Shown here piece by piece: positions 8,100-16,461 of a stretch of 24,000 nt of DNA; positions within the stretch are counted from its first letter, which is position 1; every line of letters begins with the position of its first letter. The translations under genes were made by a program, and so were the position numbers. Location of the stretch: the NCBI GenBank assembly GCA_013151185.1, contig JAADIU010000337.1, forward strand, positions 10,558 through 34,557, read 5' to 3'. The stretch comes from Planctomycetota bacterium (GTDB lineage: Bacteria > Planctomycetota > Phycisphaerae > UBA1845). A model generated the notes under the pieces. The model was not told where the DNA came from. It did not search any database and was given only the letters and a program-made list of their open reading frames with translations.

Positions 8100-9293
8100 A
8101 TGTCAACAGGATTCAACACCCGAGCCATTCACCTCGGCCAGGAACCAGACGCACAAAGCGGAGCCGTCATCCCGCCCATCTACCAAACATCGACCTACGG
8201 TCAAACCGAAGTCGGTGGTGACCCCACATATTGCTATAGCCGCACAGGAAACCCCACACGCGAAGCACTTGAGAAGAATATCGCGGGGCTTGAAAACGCG
8301 AAGCATGGCCTCTGCTTCGCCAGCGGAATGTCCGCGATCAACAACGTGCTCAACCTGCTCAGCGCAGGGGATCATGTCGTCGCGTGCAACGATTTGTATG
8401 GCGGGGCGTATCGCATCTTCACGAAGTTGTACGCCAAGTTCGGGATCGAATTCACCTTCGTAGACGCAACGCAGCCGACAAACATCCGCACCGCGCTGCG
8501 AAAGAACACCCGCATTGTATGGTTGGAAACACCATCCAACCCACTGCTGCGCATCACCGACATTCGCGCGTGTGCGTCGATCGCGCGCGAAGCCGGTGCG
8601 CTGTGCGTGGTCGACAACACGTTCGCCACGCCCTACCTCCAGAACGCGCTGCAACTTGGCGCGGACATCGTGGTTCACTCGACCACGAAGTATCTCAACG
8701 GGCATAGCGATGTCCTTGGCGGTGCGGTTGTGGTCGATTCGGACGATCTCCACCAACAACTACGATTTTTTCAAAACACGGTCGGTGCGGTGCCCGGTCC
8801 GCAGGATTGCTTCCTGATTCAACGCGGTATCAAAACGCTTGCACTGCGAATGAGGCAACACTGCGCCAGTGCAAAGCAAATTGCCAAGACGCTCGCGCAA
8901 CATCCCAACGTGGAGCATGTGTACTTCCCCGGTTTGTCCGATCACCCGCAGCACCAAATCGCGATTTCGCAGATGAACGATTTCGGCGGCATCGTTTCGT
9001 TCAACCTGCGCGGTGGGCTGCGGGCTGTAGAAAAATTCGCCGCGAACGCGGGACTGTGGACACTCGCTGAAAGCCTCGGCGGGGTTTGTTCGCTGTGGTG
9101 TCACCCGCCCACCATGACGCACGCTGCCGTCGAGCGCGAAGTCCGATTGAAAAATGGCTTGGGCGATGGGCTGATCCGCTTGTCGGTCGGCTTGGAGGAT
9201 ATCGACGACTTGCTCGCGGACCTGACAAAGGCACTCGACTCCGCCGGAAAGGAAATCGCAGACACACCCGCACGAGAGGGGGTGCTGGTATGA
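8100..9293 (+). CDS. Cys/Met-metabolism PLP-dependent enzyme (cystathionine gamma-synthase / gamma-lyase / beta-lyase family)
   Basis: TRAIHLGQ...PPIYQTSTY N-terminus and the PLP-lysine motif HSTTKYLNGHSDVLGG. Length is 397 aa. The family member cannot be resolved by eye. Confidence 0.85.
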   Translation: MSTGFNTRAIHLGQEPDAQSGAVIPPIYQTSTYGQTEVGGDPTYCYSRTGNPTREALEKNIAGLENAKHGLCFASGMSAINNVLNLLSAGDHVVACNDLYGGAYRIFTKLYAKFGIEFTFVDATQPTNIRTALRKNTRIVWLETPSNPLLRITDIRACASIAREAGALCVVDNTFATPYLQNALQLGADIVVHSTTKYLNGHSDVLGGAVVVDSDDLHQQLRFFQNTVGAVPGPQDCFLIQRGIKTLALRMRQHCASAKQIAKTLAQHPNVEHVYFPGLSDHPQHQIAISQMNDFGGIVSFNLRGGLRAVEKFAANAGLWTLAESLGGVCSLWCHPPTMTHAAVEREVRLKNGLGDGLIRLSVGLEDIDDLLADLTKALDSAGKEIADTPAREGVLV

Positions 9294-9595
9294 ACGTCGC
9301 AACGGCCAAAGTCACCGAATCCACACGCAAGATCGCCAGCAGAGATGACCCATGCGCCAGAATCGAAACCGCCCCCGATGGATTCGTCGCGCGGTTCTCC
9401 GTGACGCCATCCGCAGACCTGCCGCATCGATGCTTTGCCGTCTTCGACCGATACCGGGTTGCGCCAAGGTCGCTGTCGATCTTTCTGGATCGACAAAATC
9501 AAGCGAAGCTGGCTATCACGCTGAAAACGCAACCGTGTTGCAAGTCGGATTTGATCGGAGCGGTCGACGAATTGATACGGGCGGATGGTGGATGA
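9290..9595 (+). CDS. Hypothetical 101-aa protein, translationally coupled on both sides
   Basis: Its ATG overlaps the upstream TGA (ATGA at 9290-9293). Its own TGA overlaps the next ATG (ATGA at 9592-9595). Third-position C/G bias resembles the neighbouring genes. No recognisable motif. Confidence 0.5.
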   Translation: MNVATAKVTESTRKIASRDDPCARIETAPDGFVARFSVTPSADLPHRCFAVFDRYRVAPRSLSIFLDRQNQAKLAITLKTQPCCKSDLIGAVDELIRADGG

Positions 9596-10143
9596 TGGTG
9601 TTAGAATTGTCGGCTATGAACAATGAAACACGGATGGATCGCGGGTGTTGCCTGTTGCTGGCGATGTTGCTGTCATCGATGGCCGTCTTGGCTGGTTGCA
9701 GCCGATTCGAGAAGGATTGGATCGAGGCGGGGCAAGAGGACTATGTGGAAACCAACCTTGCCGGTCGATGGATGGGCACATGGACGAGCGAAAGCGACGG
9801 GAAGAGCGGTGAACTGCGCTGCATCATCAAAGGTTCCGGCGCTGGGGCGCATCGGGCTGCGTTTCGTTCGACGTATGGCTCCATGTTCCGCTTCGATCAC
9901 TCGGTCACCCTGTACGCGGTAAACTTGCGTGGGATGTGGACGTTTGAAGGCAACGAAGATTTGGGACTCTTCGCCGGCGGAGTGTACACCTACAAAGGGA
10001 AAGCCGGGAAGAACAAACTCTTCTCTACATACGAATCCAGACGCGACCAGGGGACGTTTGAGATGTACCGCGTGAAGAAAGACGATCCTCCCGAAAATGA
10101 AGAAAAGACCGACACGCAAGAGACCGGAAGCCAAACCGGGTGA
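9592..10143 (+). CDS. Hypothetical lipoprotein
   Basis: Lipobox LLSSMAVLAG-C after a positively charged n-region. Alternative starts at 9616 and 9634. Acidic/polar C-terminal tail. Confidence 0.65.
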   Translation: MMVLELSAMNNETRMDRGCCLLLAMLLSSMAVLAGCSRFEKDWIEAGQEDYVETNLAGRWMGTWTSESDGKSGELRCIIKGSGAGAHRAAFRSTYGSMFRFDHSVTLYAVNLRGMWTFEGNEDLGLFAGGVYTYKGKAGKNKLFSTYESRRDQGTFEMYRVKKDDPPENEEKTDTQETGSQTG

Positions 10144-10598
10144 ATCGTCCGTACGAAGCAATCGCAACCGCTCAATCTGTTTTCGGCTCCGTTGAAGAGC
10201 GGATGCGACGCGTTGTTGATGCGCTTTGGGATGCACTGTCGGACATGGGCGTTTCGTGGGTTGGCCTCTATCTGCCCGACGATAACGGCGAAATGGTTCT
10301 GGGCGCTTCGCGTAACAAACCGGCTTGCTCGCCGATCGGGCTTCATGGTGTGTGTGGTCGAGTGTTGCGATCGGGATTGCCTTTGATCGTGCGAGACGTA
10401 CGCGATCTGGGTGAAGCGTATATCCCTTGCGACCCGAACGATCGGAGCGAGGTGGTAATGCCGTTGGTGGGATCAGATGGGAAGACGTACGCGGTTCTCG
10501 ATTTGGACAGCCATGACATTGGCGCGTTCGACGAGAACGATGTCTCCGGTTTGAATCGTGTTCTCCAAGCCGCTGGTTTGACGCATTCGCCGGTTTGA
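10140..10598 (+). CDS. msrC: Free methionine-(R)-sulfoxide reductase (GAF domain, YebR/fRMsr family)
   Basis: Three family cysteines in context: KPACSPI, GVCGRV and IPCDPNDRSEVVMPL. AVLDLDS...FDENDVSGL aligns with E. coli YebR motifs. The GTG start overlaps the upstream TGA. Confidence 0.8.
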   Translation: MNRPYEAIATAQSVFGSVEERMRRVVDALWDALSDMGVSWVGLYLPDDNGEMVLGASRNKPACSPIGLHGVCGRVLRSGLPLIVRDVRDLGEAYIPCDPNDRSEVVMPLVGSDGKTYAVLDLDSHDIGAFDENDVSGLNRVLQAAGLTHSPV

Positions 10599-10612
10599 AT
10601 CCACCTGCGCTC

Positions 10613-10647
10613 TGTCAGTCCCCCATCCTAGAAGGATGGGGCACCCG
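10613..10647 (+). repeat. Hairpin repeat family C, short form
   Basis: tgtcagtcccccatcctagaaggatggggcacccg, with a perfect 9-bp stem CCCCATCCT/AGGATGGGG. It starts 15 nt after the msrC stop. Confidence 0.8.
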
Positions 10648-10685
10648 GCTTGACGCATGGGGAAGATTGAACCCATTCGTATTTT

Positions 10686-10730
10686 TGTCAGTCCCCCACC
10701 CTTCCGCTTCGCTCAAGGATGGGGCACCCG
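10686..10730 (+). repeat. Hairpin repeat family C, long form
   Basis: It has the same 13-nt 5' flank and 14-nt 3' flank as the short form. The interior is replaced by cccttccgcttcgctcaa. It matches the reverse complement of 3266-3310 at 44 of 45 nt. Confidence 0.85.
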
Positions 10731-10753
10731 CTGCCTTACGTTCATTCACTGTC

Positions 10754-11173
10754 CTACATCCAGACGTATAGCATTAGGTAGACGAACACACCCGAGACGG
10801 ATACGAATCCCCATAGCGGTAGGGTGATTCGGGCGATGCGTTTGTGTCGGTCGAATTGGCCTTTGAATGCGCGGGTGGCTGTCACGATGACCGTGGGTAG
10901 ATTGACTGCGGCTAGGATGACGTGCGGGATGAGGATCGAGAAGTACACAGTTCGCATGATGCCCTGTCCGGTGTAGGGTTTGCCTCCCTTGATCGCGATG
11001 TGATAGATGACATAGCAAACCAGAAATGCCGTGCCCACGACCATCGCTGCGATCATGCACGCTTTGTGCAAGGCGATGCGGCGCGTCTTGATCGCGATGA
11101 AGCCGGCGCCTAACAGCAACGCAGACAGCGCATTCAAGGATACGTTCACATGCGGGAGGTCGGAAATTTGCAT
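10754..11173 (-). CDS. DUF420-family membrane protein (CtaM-like oxidase accessory protein)
   Basis: 139 aa with four hydrophobic segments. N-terminal LPHVNVSLNALSALLL and FLVCYVIYH are typical of DUF420. It is the last gene of the oxidase cluster. Confidence 0.75.
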   Translation of the reverse strand: MQISDLPHVNVSLNALSALLLGAGFIAIKTRRIALHKACMIAAMVVGTAFLVCYVIYHIAIKGGKPYTGQGIMRTVYFSILIPHVILAAVNLPTVIVTATRAFKGQFDRHKRIARITLPLWGFVSVSGVFVYLMLYVWM

Positions 11174-11183
11174 GGCGGGCGGG

Positions 11184-11924
11184 TTACTCCTTCAAGAGTT
11201 CTTTCACGTCGGCAACGAGCAATTCCAGCGACTCGCGGTCATCACCATCGTAGTAGCCGCGGATGCGCGACCGACGATCCAGGAGTACGAACTTGCTGCT
11301 GTGGAGTACGTCTTCGACCTGCGGACCGCGCTCGTCGGCGGGTGTTTCTTCCACGCTGAGGCGAAAGCTCTCCCGCGACACTTGATAGATCACCTTCTTG
11401 TCACCGGTGAGAAACCACCACCCGGTTTCGTCGGCATTGTAACGCTTTGCATATTCGCGAAGGCGGGCGGGCGTATCGCGCTCGGGATCGACGCTGAAGG
11501 AAACGAGCGTCACCTCTTCGACGCCTTGCAGTTGGTCTTGAACTCGGCTCATCGCGTTGCTCATGATGGGGCAGATGCCCGCACACGACGTGAAGAAAAA
11601 GTCCGCGACCCACACGCGCCCCATGAGATCGTCACCGGTCACTTCGTCGCCACTACGCTCGGTCAAAGTGAAGTCAGAAATCTTGCCATAGACCGGCATG
11701 GGTCCGGTGCGACGGGCTTTGACAATGGTCTCAGGTTGAAATGCCCGCATGATGCCCGCCCCCAGAATTCCGCCCAAGAGCAGCAGGATAACGCCCCACC
11801 AGAATGCGTACTGAGGCGATTGCACTGCCAGAGAGGCGGCGCGTGGATGGGGATTGGACGGCTGCGACTTTTCGTCTGCGCCGACAACACCGCGTGGTTG
11901 CTCTGAATTTTCGCAAGCCATCAT
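11184..11924 (-). CDS. SCO1/SenC-family copper chaperone (thioredoxin fold)
   Basis: Motif FFFTSCAGICPIM (CxxxC) and one N-terminal TM segment. Start set at the MMACENS ATG pair (11924/11921), because the longer track ORF would overlap the upstream permease. Confidence 0.85.
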   Translation of the reverse strand: MMACENSEQPRGVVGADEKSQPSNPHPRAASLAVQSPQYAFWWGVILLLLGGILGAGIMRAFQPETIVKARRTGPMPVYGKISDFTLTERSGDEVTGDDLMGRVWVADFFFTSCAGICPIMSNAMSRVQDQLQGVEEVTLVSFSVDPERDTPARLREYAKRYNADETGWWFLTGDKKVIYQVSRESFRLSVEETPADERGPQVEDVLHSSKFVLLDRRSRIRGYYDGDDRESLELLVADVKELLKE

Positions 11925-11937
11925 GCCTCGCAACCCT

Positions 11938-12762
11938 TCACGATCTGCCACCTCGATTGGGGCGGTTGGCCATGCGAATGGAACCGAACAACATGAACAT
12001 CGCAAACAAGACCGTCACCACCACACTGACGATGATTGAAATGCCATCGTCGGAAACAGCGGCAGTGTTGTGGTATAGGCCGGCTCGAAAACCGCTGACA
12101 CCATAGGTGAGCGGGTTGGCATACATGATCGCCTTTAAGATCGGATGGGCGTCAGCGATCGGAAAAACTGCTCCCGACAACAACCACATGGGCATCAACA
12201 GCAAATTCATAATCGCATGAAAGCCCGCCGTCGAATCCATCGACCACGCAATCATCAAGCCAAGCCCGGACAAACCCAACGCAACGCCAAAAAGCGCGGC
12301 GATCGCGTAACAGAATGACGCAAAACTAAGGGGTAAACCGATCAGAGGCGCGAGCATGAGCATGACCACGCCCTGCACAACTGCCAACGTCGTCGCACCC
12401 AGCATCTTCCCCGCAACAATGCCACCGCGTGACACTGGCGCAACCATCACGCCTTGCAGAAAACCCTCCTGCCGATCTTCGATAATTGAAATCGTCGAAT
12501 AAATCGCGGTGAACAGCACGGCAAGCACAACTGTACCGGGGAAAAAATATTCTAGATAGCTTGCGTCAGACGCACCGCCCGTCGGATTGAACGACCGCCC
12601 GAACCCCGCACCAAGAACCAACCAAAACACCAACGGGGTCGCAACCGCGCCGATCAGGCGACTCTTCTGCCGCCAGAATCGGGTCAACTCGCGACGCCAC
12701 ATTGAATAGACCGCCAGCGAAACCGGGGCTCTGCGGACGGAACTAGAAGTATCCGTATTCAT
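11938..12762 (-). CDS. ABC-2 type transporter permease
   Basis: Six hydrophobic segments and the N-terminal RRELTRFWRQKSRLIG motif typical of ABC-2 permeases. The ATG at 12762 overlaps the ATPase TGA by 1 nt and follows GGGAGGTGG. Confidence 0.85.
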   Translation of the reverse strand: MNTDTSSSVRRAPVSLAVYSMWRRELTRFWRQKSRLIGAVATPLVFWLVLGAGFGRSFNPTGGASDASYLEYFFPGTVVLAVLFTAIYSTISIIEDRQEGFLQGVMVAPVSRGGIVAGKMLGATTLAVVQGVVMLMLAPLIGLPLSFASFCYAIAALFGVALGLSGLGLMIAWSMDSTAGFHAIMNLLLMPMWLLSGAVFPIADAHPILKAIMYANPLTYGVSGFRAGLYHNTAAVSDDGISIIVSVVVTVLFAMFMLFGSIRMANRPNRGGRS

Positions 12763-13700
12763 CAATCCACCTCCCGCACAAAATTTCGCCCGGTGCGACG
12801 AATGAATACATCTTCCAACGTCGGATGTCCGAGCGTGATCGCATGGACACCGTCGCCGAAAATCTCTGCGAGCCTTGGAATCAATGCTGCACCATTTCCA
12901 TCGGGCGATTCAATGCGAACCGATTGGCCGACCACCTCGGCGGGCAGATTCAATTCCGAGTGCGCCCGCGCTGCAACTTCCTGCGGCTTGTTGGCTTCGA
13001 TCGTGATGACTGCCCCGCCCACTTGCGCTTTCAGTGCTGCCGGCGAATCGTCCGCAACCACCTTGCCTTCGTCCAGAATTGTCACGCGGTCGCAGCGTTC
13101 GGCTTCGTCGAGAATGTGCGTCGTCATCAAAACGGCGACCCCGTCGCTCGTGCGAACTTCATCCAACTGCCGCCAAAGTTCCAAGCGGGCAGCCGGGTCG
13201 AGGCCCGTGCTGGGTTCGTCAAGCAATAACACCGACGGCGAGGAAAGCATGCCCTTGGCAATTTCGACACGGCGAGCCAACCCGCCCGAAAGCGTTTCGA
13301 CGCGGTCGTTGGCTCGATCATCAATGTTGAACTTTTCGAGCATCACCCCGATGCGTCGTTCGAGACTGCGGCCTCTCATGCCGAACAGATGCCCGTGGTG
13401 TCGCAGATTCTCTGCGGCTGTCAGTTTCTTATCCAAGCTCGGCGATTGAAACACCACGCCCAACGTTCGACGAACACGGTCGGGCGCAGTCACCGGATCG
13501 AAACCGCAAATCCGCGCGCTGCCCGAGTCGGGTTGAAGCAACGTTGCCAGAATCCGAAAGAGGGTAGTCTTGCCTCCACCGTTTGGACCGAGAAGCGCCG
13601 CAATGTGTTTGTGCTCAACGCGAAAGCAAACCCGGTCGAGCGCCTTGCGATCGCCGAACGTTTTGGTGAGGTCTGAAACTTCGATGGACAAATCGCCCAT
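12762..13700 (-). CDS. ABC transporter ATP-binding protein (ABC-2/DrrA-CcmA-like, with C-terminal extension)
   Basis: Walker A GPNGGGKTT, signature LSGGLARRV and Walker B LLLDEPSTGLD. Confidence 0.92.
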   Translation of the reverse strand: MGDLSIEVSDLTKTFGDRKALDRVCFRVEHKHIAALLGPNGGGKTTLFRILATLLQPDSGSARICGFDPVTAPDRVRRTLGVVFQSPSLDKKLTAAENLRHHGHLFGMRGRSLERRIGVMLEKFNIDDRANDRVETLSGGLARRVEIAKGMLSSPSVLLLDEPSTGLDPAARLELWRQLDEVRTSDGVAVLMTTHILDEAERCDRVTILDEGKVVADDSPAALKAQVGGAVITIEANKPQEVAARAHSELNLPAEVVGQSVRIESPDGNGAALIPRLAEIFGDGVHAITLGHPTLEDVFIRRTGRNFVREVD

Positions 13701-13756
13701 GCGCGAAAAACTCCCAAGGCAGCCGCGAGAAAATAGTGGTCCCGTTCGCTTGCCGG

Positions 13757-14659
13757 CTAAAGCTTATCGACCATGTAGAAGGACAACAATGCGGGAAGGT
13801 AAATGACCGAAGCAAGAAACACGCGGCGGGCAGCAGATATGCCATTGGGCGAGTCGGCGTCGGATCGCCGTCGCCACAAACACACGGCTAAATGCGCTAG
13901 GCCCAGAACAAACGCAGCCTGAAAATAGAAACGGCCTGCAAAACCCCAAACGGCTGGCATCAGGCTGACCGGAATCAAAAGCATCGCCAGAAGCCCGACC
14001 TGGATGCGCGTCGTCGTTCCAGTGCCGTCGGCTACGCTCAGCATTCGGAAGCCCCCCCGATCGTAGTCGTCGCGATAAATCCAGGCGATCGAGAAAAAGT
14101 GCGGTAGTTGCCAGACAAACAGGATCACCGCCAGCAACCACCCACCCATCCCGATTTTCCCCTGGGCCGCCGTCCAACCCATCAGCGGCGGGATTGCACC
14201 CACGACGGCACCGACGAGGGTGTTATGCACCGTGATTCGCTTCAACGGTGTGTAGATAAAAATGTAGCCACCGAGCGCTGCCGCCCCCAAACATGCCGTC
14301 GAAAGATTCACGCCAACCAGCAGTTCAAACAAACCTATTGCGGAGATCAAAACCGAAAACCGAACGGCTTCCACCGGTGACAACCGACCGCTGGGCAGAG
14401 GACGCCGGCACGTTCGTTCCATGCGGGCGTCGTAGCCGCGTTCTATTACCTGGTTCAACGCGTTTGCACCGCCCGCCACCAAAGTCGTGCCCACGAGCAG
14501 ATGGATCAACACGGATACGTCGATTGCGGCATTGGAACCGGCGACGAACCCGACCAACGCGGTCAGCAGGACGAGCGAACTCAAACGCGGTTTGGTCAGC
14601 TCGACAAACGCCATCCACGATCGCGCGGGCTGGGAGATGGTTCGGGCGGCGACATTCAT
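13757..14659 (-). CDS. ctaB: Protoheme IX farnesyltransferase (heme O synthase)
   Basis: UbiA-family polytopic protein with ELTKPRLSSLVL and NQVIERGYDARMERTCRRPLPSG. ATGA overlap with the ctaA stop. Confidence 0.92.
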   Translation of the reverse strand: MNVAARTISQPARSWMAFVELTKPRLSSLVLLTALVGFVAGSNAAIDVSVLIHLLVGTTLVAGGANALNQVIERGYDARMERTCRRPLPSGRLSPVEAVRFSVLISAIGLFELLVGVNLSTACLGAAALGGYIFIYTPLKRITVHNTLVGAVVGAIPPLMGWTAAQGKIGMGGWLLAVILFVWQLPHFFSIAWIYRDDYDRGGFRMLSVADGTGTTTRIQVGLLAMLLIPVSLMPAVWGFAGRFYFQAAFVLGLAHLAVCLWRRRSDADSPNGISAARRVFLASVIYLPALLSFYMVDKL

Positions 14660-15804
14660 GCGGTCACGACCTCCCCCTCACTCTTGCCCCCGTGGCCAGG
14701 ACCGCTACCCGCTGTTGGATCGACACATGCTGGAGATTCGGTTCCACCGCCCACCAACCTGCGGGCTTCGACGATGAGCATGACGCAAACCGCCAACATG
14801 ATCGCACCGACAGCAACATGCAAGCTGATCAGAGCGCTCGCGTATTCGGTTTTACCGCCGATCTGCGCCAACTGGCCCGACTCGATGGCTCCGATTTTCA
14901 ATATCCACGATCCCACGCCCAGCGCCAATTGTGCGGCTAGGGCGACCAGCAGCGTGATCGCGAGATGGGTCATAATGCGTCGGGGAGCGCAGTGGATTAG
15001 CACCTTTCGGGACAGGGCGATCACATGAACCGCGACGACAAACGCACCGATGGCGTGGTAGATGATCGTGCAATCGGTGTGACGGCGATAGGCACCCAGA
15101 AGGAGCTGAATCAAGATGGTGATCGCCGTAATGAGAGCCAGCCTCGGCAACCGCACCAAAACTTTTGGAATTGCGCCGGCAGACCCTTGCATACCGCATT
15201 CGGGACAACCACCGCCACCACGAACAGCCGCTGGTGAACCCCGAAGGTTATACCCGCACGCGCGGCAGAAGATGTCTTCGATGCTGGTGGCTGTTGGAAC
15301 CCAGTGCCTCGAAAGCACCAGGGCGATCACCACGAACAGGCAAAGCAGGCATTGGGCAGTCGTCGTGTGAAACATCATCACAGCCACGCGAAATGATTCG
15401 ACCTGCTCGCCGGTGGGATCGCTGAACAAAAAGTTCTGGACGGCAGGGCTGGAAATAAGTTTGACGCGAAACCCGCCCATCAGCCCTTGCAAACAGACGG
15501 CGGGCAGTGCGATATATGCGAGCGTGCGCACCCATTTTCGCGGTTCCTTGTATGCGATTGTGATCGTCAGGATGATCGTCGCGAAGCCAAGTGCCATTCC
15601 CACCAATCGATGCCCGTGTTCCCAGAACACGTTGCCAACCATGGGCGGCATCAACGAACCATAGGAGAGCGGCCAATCGGGCACGGCATCGCCTGCTTCC
15701 ATGCTCGTCACCATACCGCCGGCTGCGATCATGACGAGGCACATGCACGCGACCAGCGCCGCGAGCCAAAACAACCAAGGACGATATGTGGGTGGTGTGT
15801 TCAC
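14656..15804 (-). CDS. ctaA: Heme A synthase (COX15/CtaA) with an inserted CxxC...CxxC segment
   Basis: PDWPLSYG and EHGHRLVG in the first half, further conserved His in later helices, and an eight-helix pattern. GTG start. Insert is FCRACGYNLRGS...GGCPECG between the two four-helix halves. Confidence 0.85.
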   Translation of the reverse strand: MNTPPTYRPWLFWLAALVACMCLVMIAAGGMVTSMEAGDAVPDWPLSYGSLMPPMVGNVFWEHGHRLVGMALGFATIILTITIAYKEPRKWVRTLAYIALPAVCLQGLMGGFRVKLISSPAVQNFLFSDPTGEQVESFRVAVMMFHTTTAQCLLCLFVVIALVLSRHWVPTATSIEDIFCRACGYNLRGSPAAVRGGGGCPECGMQGSAGAIPKVLVRLPRLALITAITILIQLLLGAYRRHTDCTIIYHAIGAFVVAVHVIALSRKVLIHCAPRRIMTHLAITLLVALAAQLALGVGSWILKIGAIESGQLAQIGGKTEYASALISLHVAVGAIMLAVCVMLIVEARRLVGGGTESPACVDPTAGSGPGHGGKSEGEVVTA

Positions 15805-15907
15805 GGGTGGGGTTTCAAGATCGATCGAACAGACCGTCGGTGAGTCAAAGACCGACAGGCGTTAAGGAAATCAAGATACGATGCCAGAGTTTATCAGAGA
15901 CGCGCGG

Positions 15908-16177
15908 TTATTGCTGGTCCTGCAACAAGGCGAGCTTGCGGGCCTTCCTCGACCAGTGAAACGCAGTACCCGCAATACCAAGAAGCACACAAAACACCAC
16001 ACAGCCGAGCAGAATCACGCCAGCCACCGCGCCTCTAGCCATGCTTGATTCGGGATCACCGAAACACACGGCGCAGGCCTGTGCGCGCTTTGCCACCAAG
16101 AGCAACGGCAGCGTGAGCAGAACCACCCAACGGCGAGCCGAAGCGGGCTTGCGATCAATATGCGGTGCGGCAATCAA
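15908..16177 (-). CDS. Small two-TM membrane protein with a predicted external CxxC loop (hypothetical)
   Basis: Proposed TTG start at 16177 overlaps the TGA of the upstream small gene (TTGA). Product is about 89 aa: RRWVVLLTLPLLLVAKRAQA-CAVCFGDPES-TM-HWSRKARK. The longer ATG-initiated track ORF would overlap the neighbour by more than 130 nt. Confidence 0.5.
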   Translation of the reverse strand: MIAAPHIDRKPASARRWVVLLTLPLLLVAKRAQACAVCFGDPESSMARGAVAGVILLGCVVFCVLLGIAGTAFHWSRKARKLALLQDQQ

Positions 16178-16377
16178 AGTGGCGATACCTTCAGTTTCCG
16201 CAAGAACCAGCGGCCATACCAAAGAAGCACCACCACACCCACCCCGCACAGCCCCGCCATGACGAGCATCGCCTGTTCGTGCTTTGTGCGATACATAAGC
16301 ATCGCCCACACGCCCACGCCCACCGTCATGAGGGTCGAGACCACAACGAAAATAATATGAAACGTGCGAAGAGACAT
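16174..16377 (-). CDS. Small two-TM membrane protein (hypothetical)
   Basis: 67 aa from the ATG at 16377, MSLRTFHIIFVVVSTLMTVGVGVWAML...LCGVGVVVLLWYGRWFLRK. It lies between ctaF and ctaA on the same strand. No obvious SD. Confidence 0.5.
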   Translation of the reverse strand: MSLRTFHIIFVVVSTLMTVGVGVWAMLMYRTKHEQAMLVMAGLCGVGVVVLLWYGRWFLRKLKVSPL

Positions 16378-16461
16378 AGTGGTAGATTTTAGGCGCTTGG
16401 AGGACCTTTGGCCACCCGGTTCAACCAACCCCGTCAAGGTTGCCCGTCAAGACTGACTACG

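Noticed and set aside
10599-10753. Family C hairpins as bidirectional rho-independent terminators between the convergent msrC and DUF420 genes
   Set aside because: Neither strand has a T-tract directly after either hairpin (on the minus strand the run after the hairpin is an A-run). I therefore do not call them intrinsic terminators. They may still stall or stabilise transcripts, as noted in the family C finding.
11031-11906. 291-aa ORF on the + strand opposite the Sco gene. Similar long antisense ORFs occur at 12793-13449 (+), 20777-21514 (+), 8103-8759 (-), 1864-2547 (-) and 733-1293 (-).
   Set aside because: Each lies opposite a gene with unambiguous family motifs (Sco CxxxC, ABC Walker motifs, cupredoxin, PLP enzyme, epimerase, UGD). 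They show no motifs of their own. These are typical GC-rich shadow frames.
11925-12005. Longer Sco ORF starting at 12005
   Set aside because: It would overlap the 3' end of the ABC-2 permease by 68 nt. The added residues (MRCSCCSVPFAWPTAPIEV...) are the permease region read out of frame. The ATG pair at 11924/11921 leaves a 13-nt gap after the permease stop.
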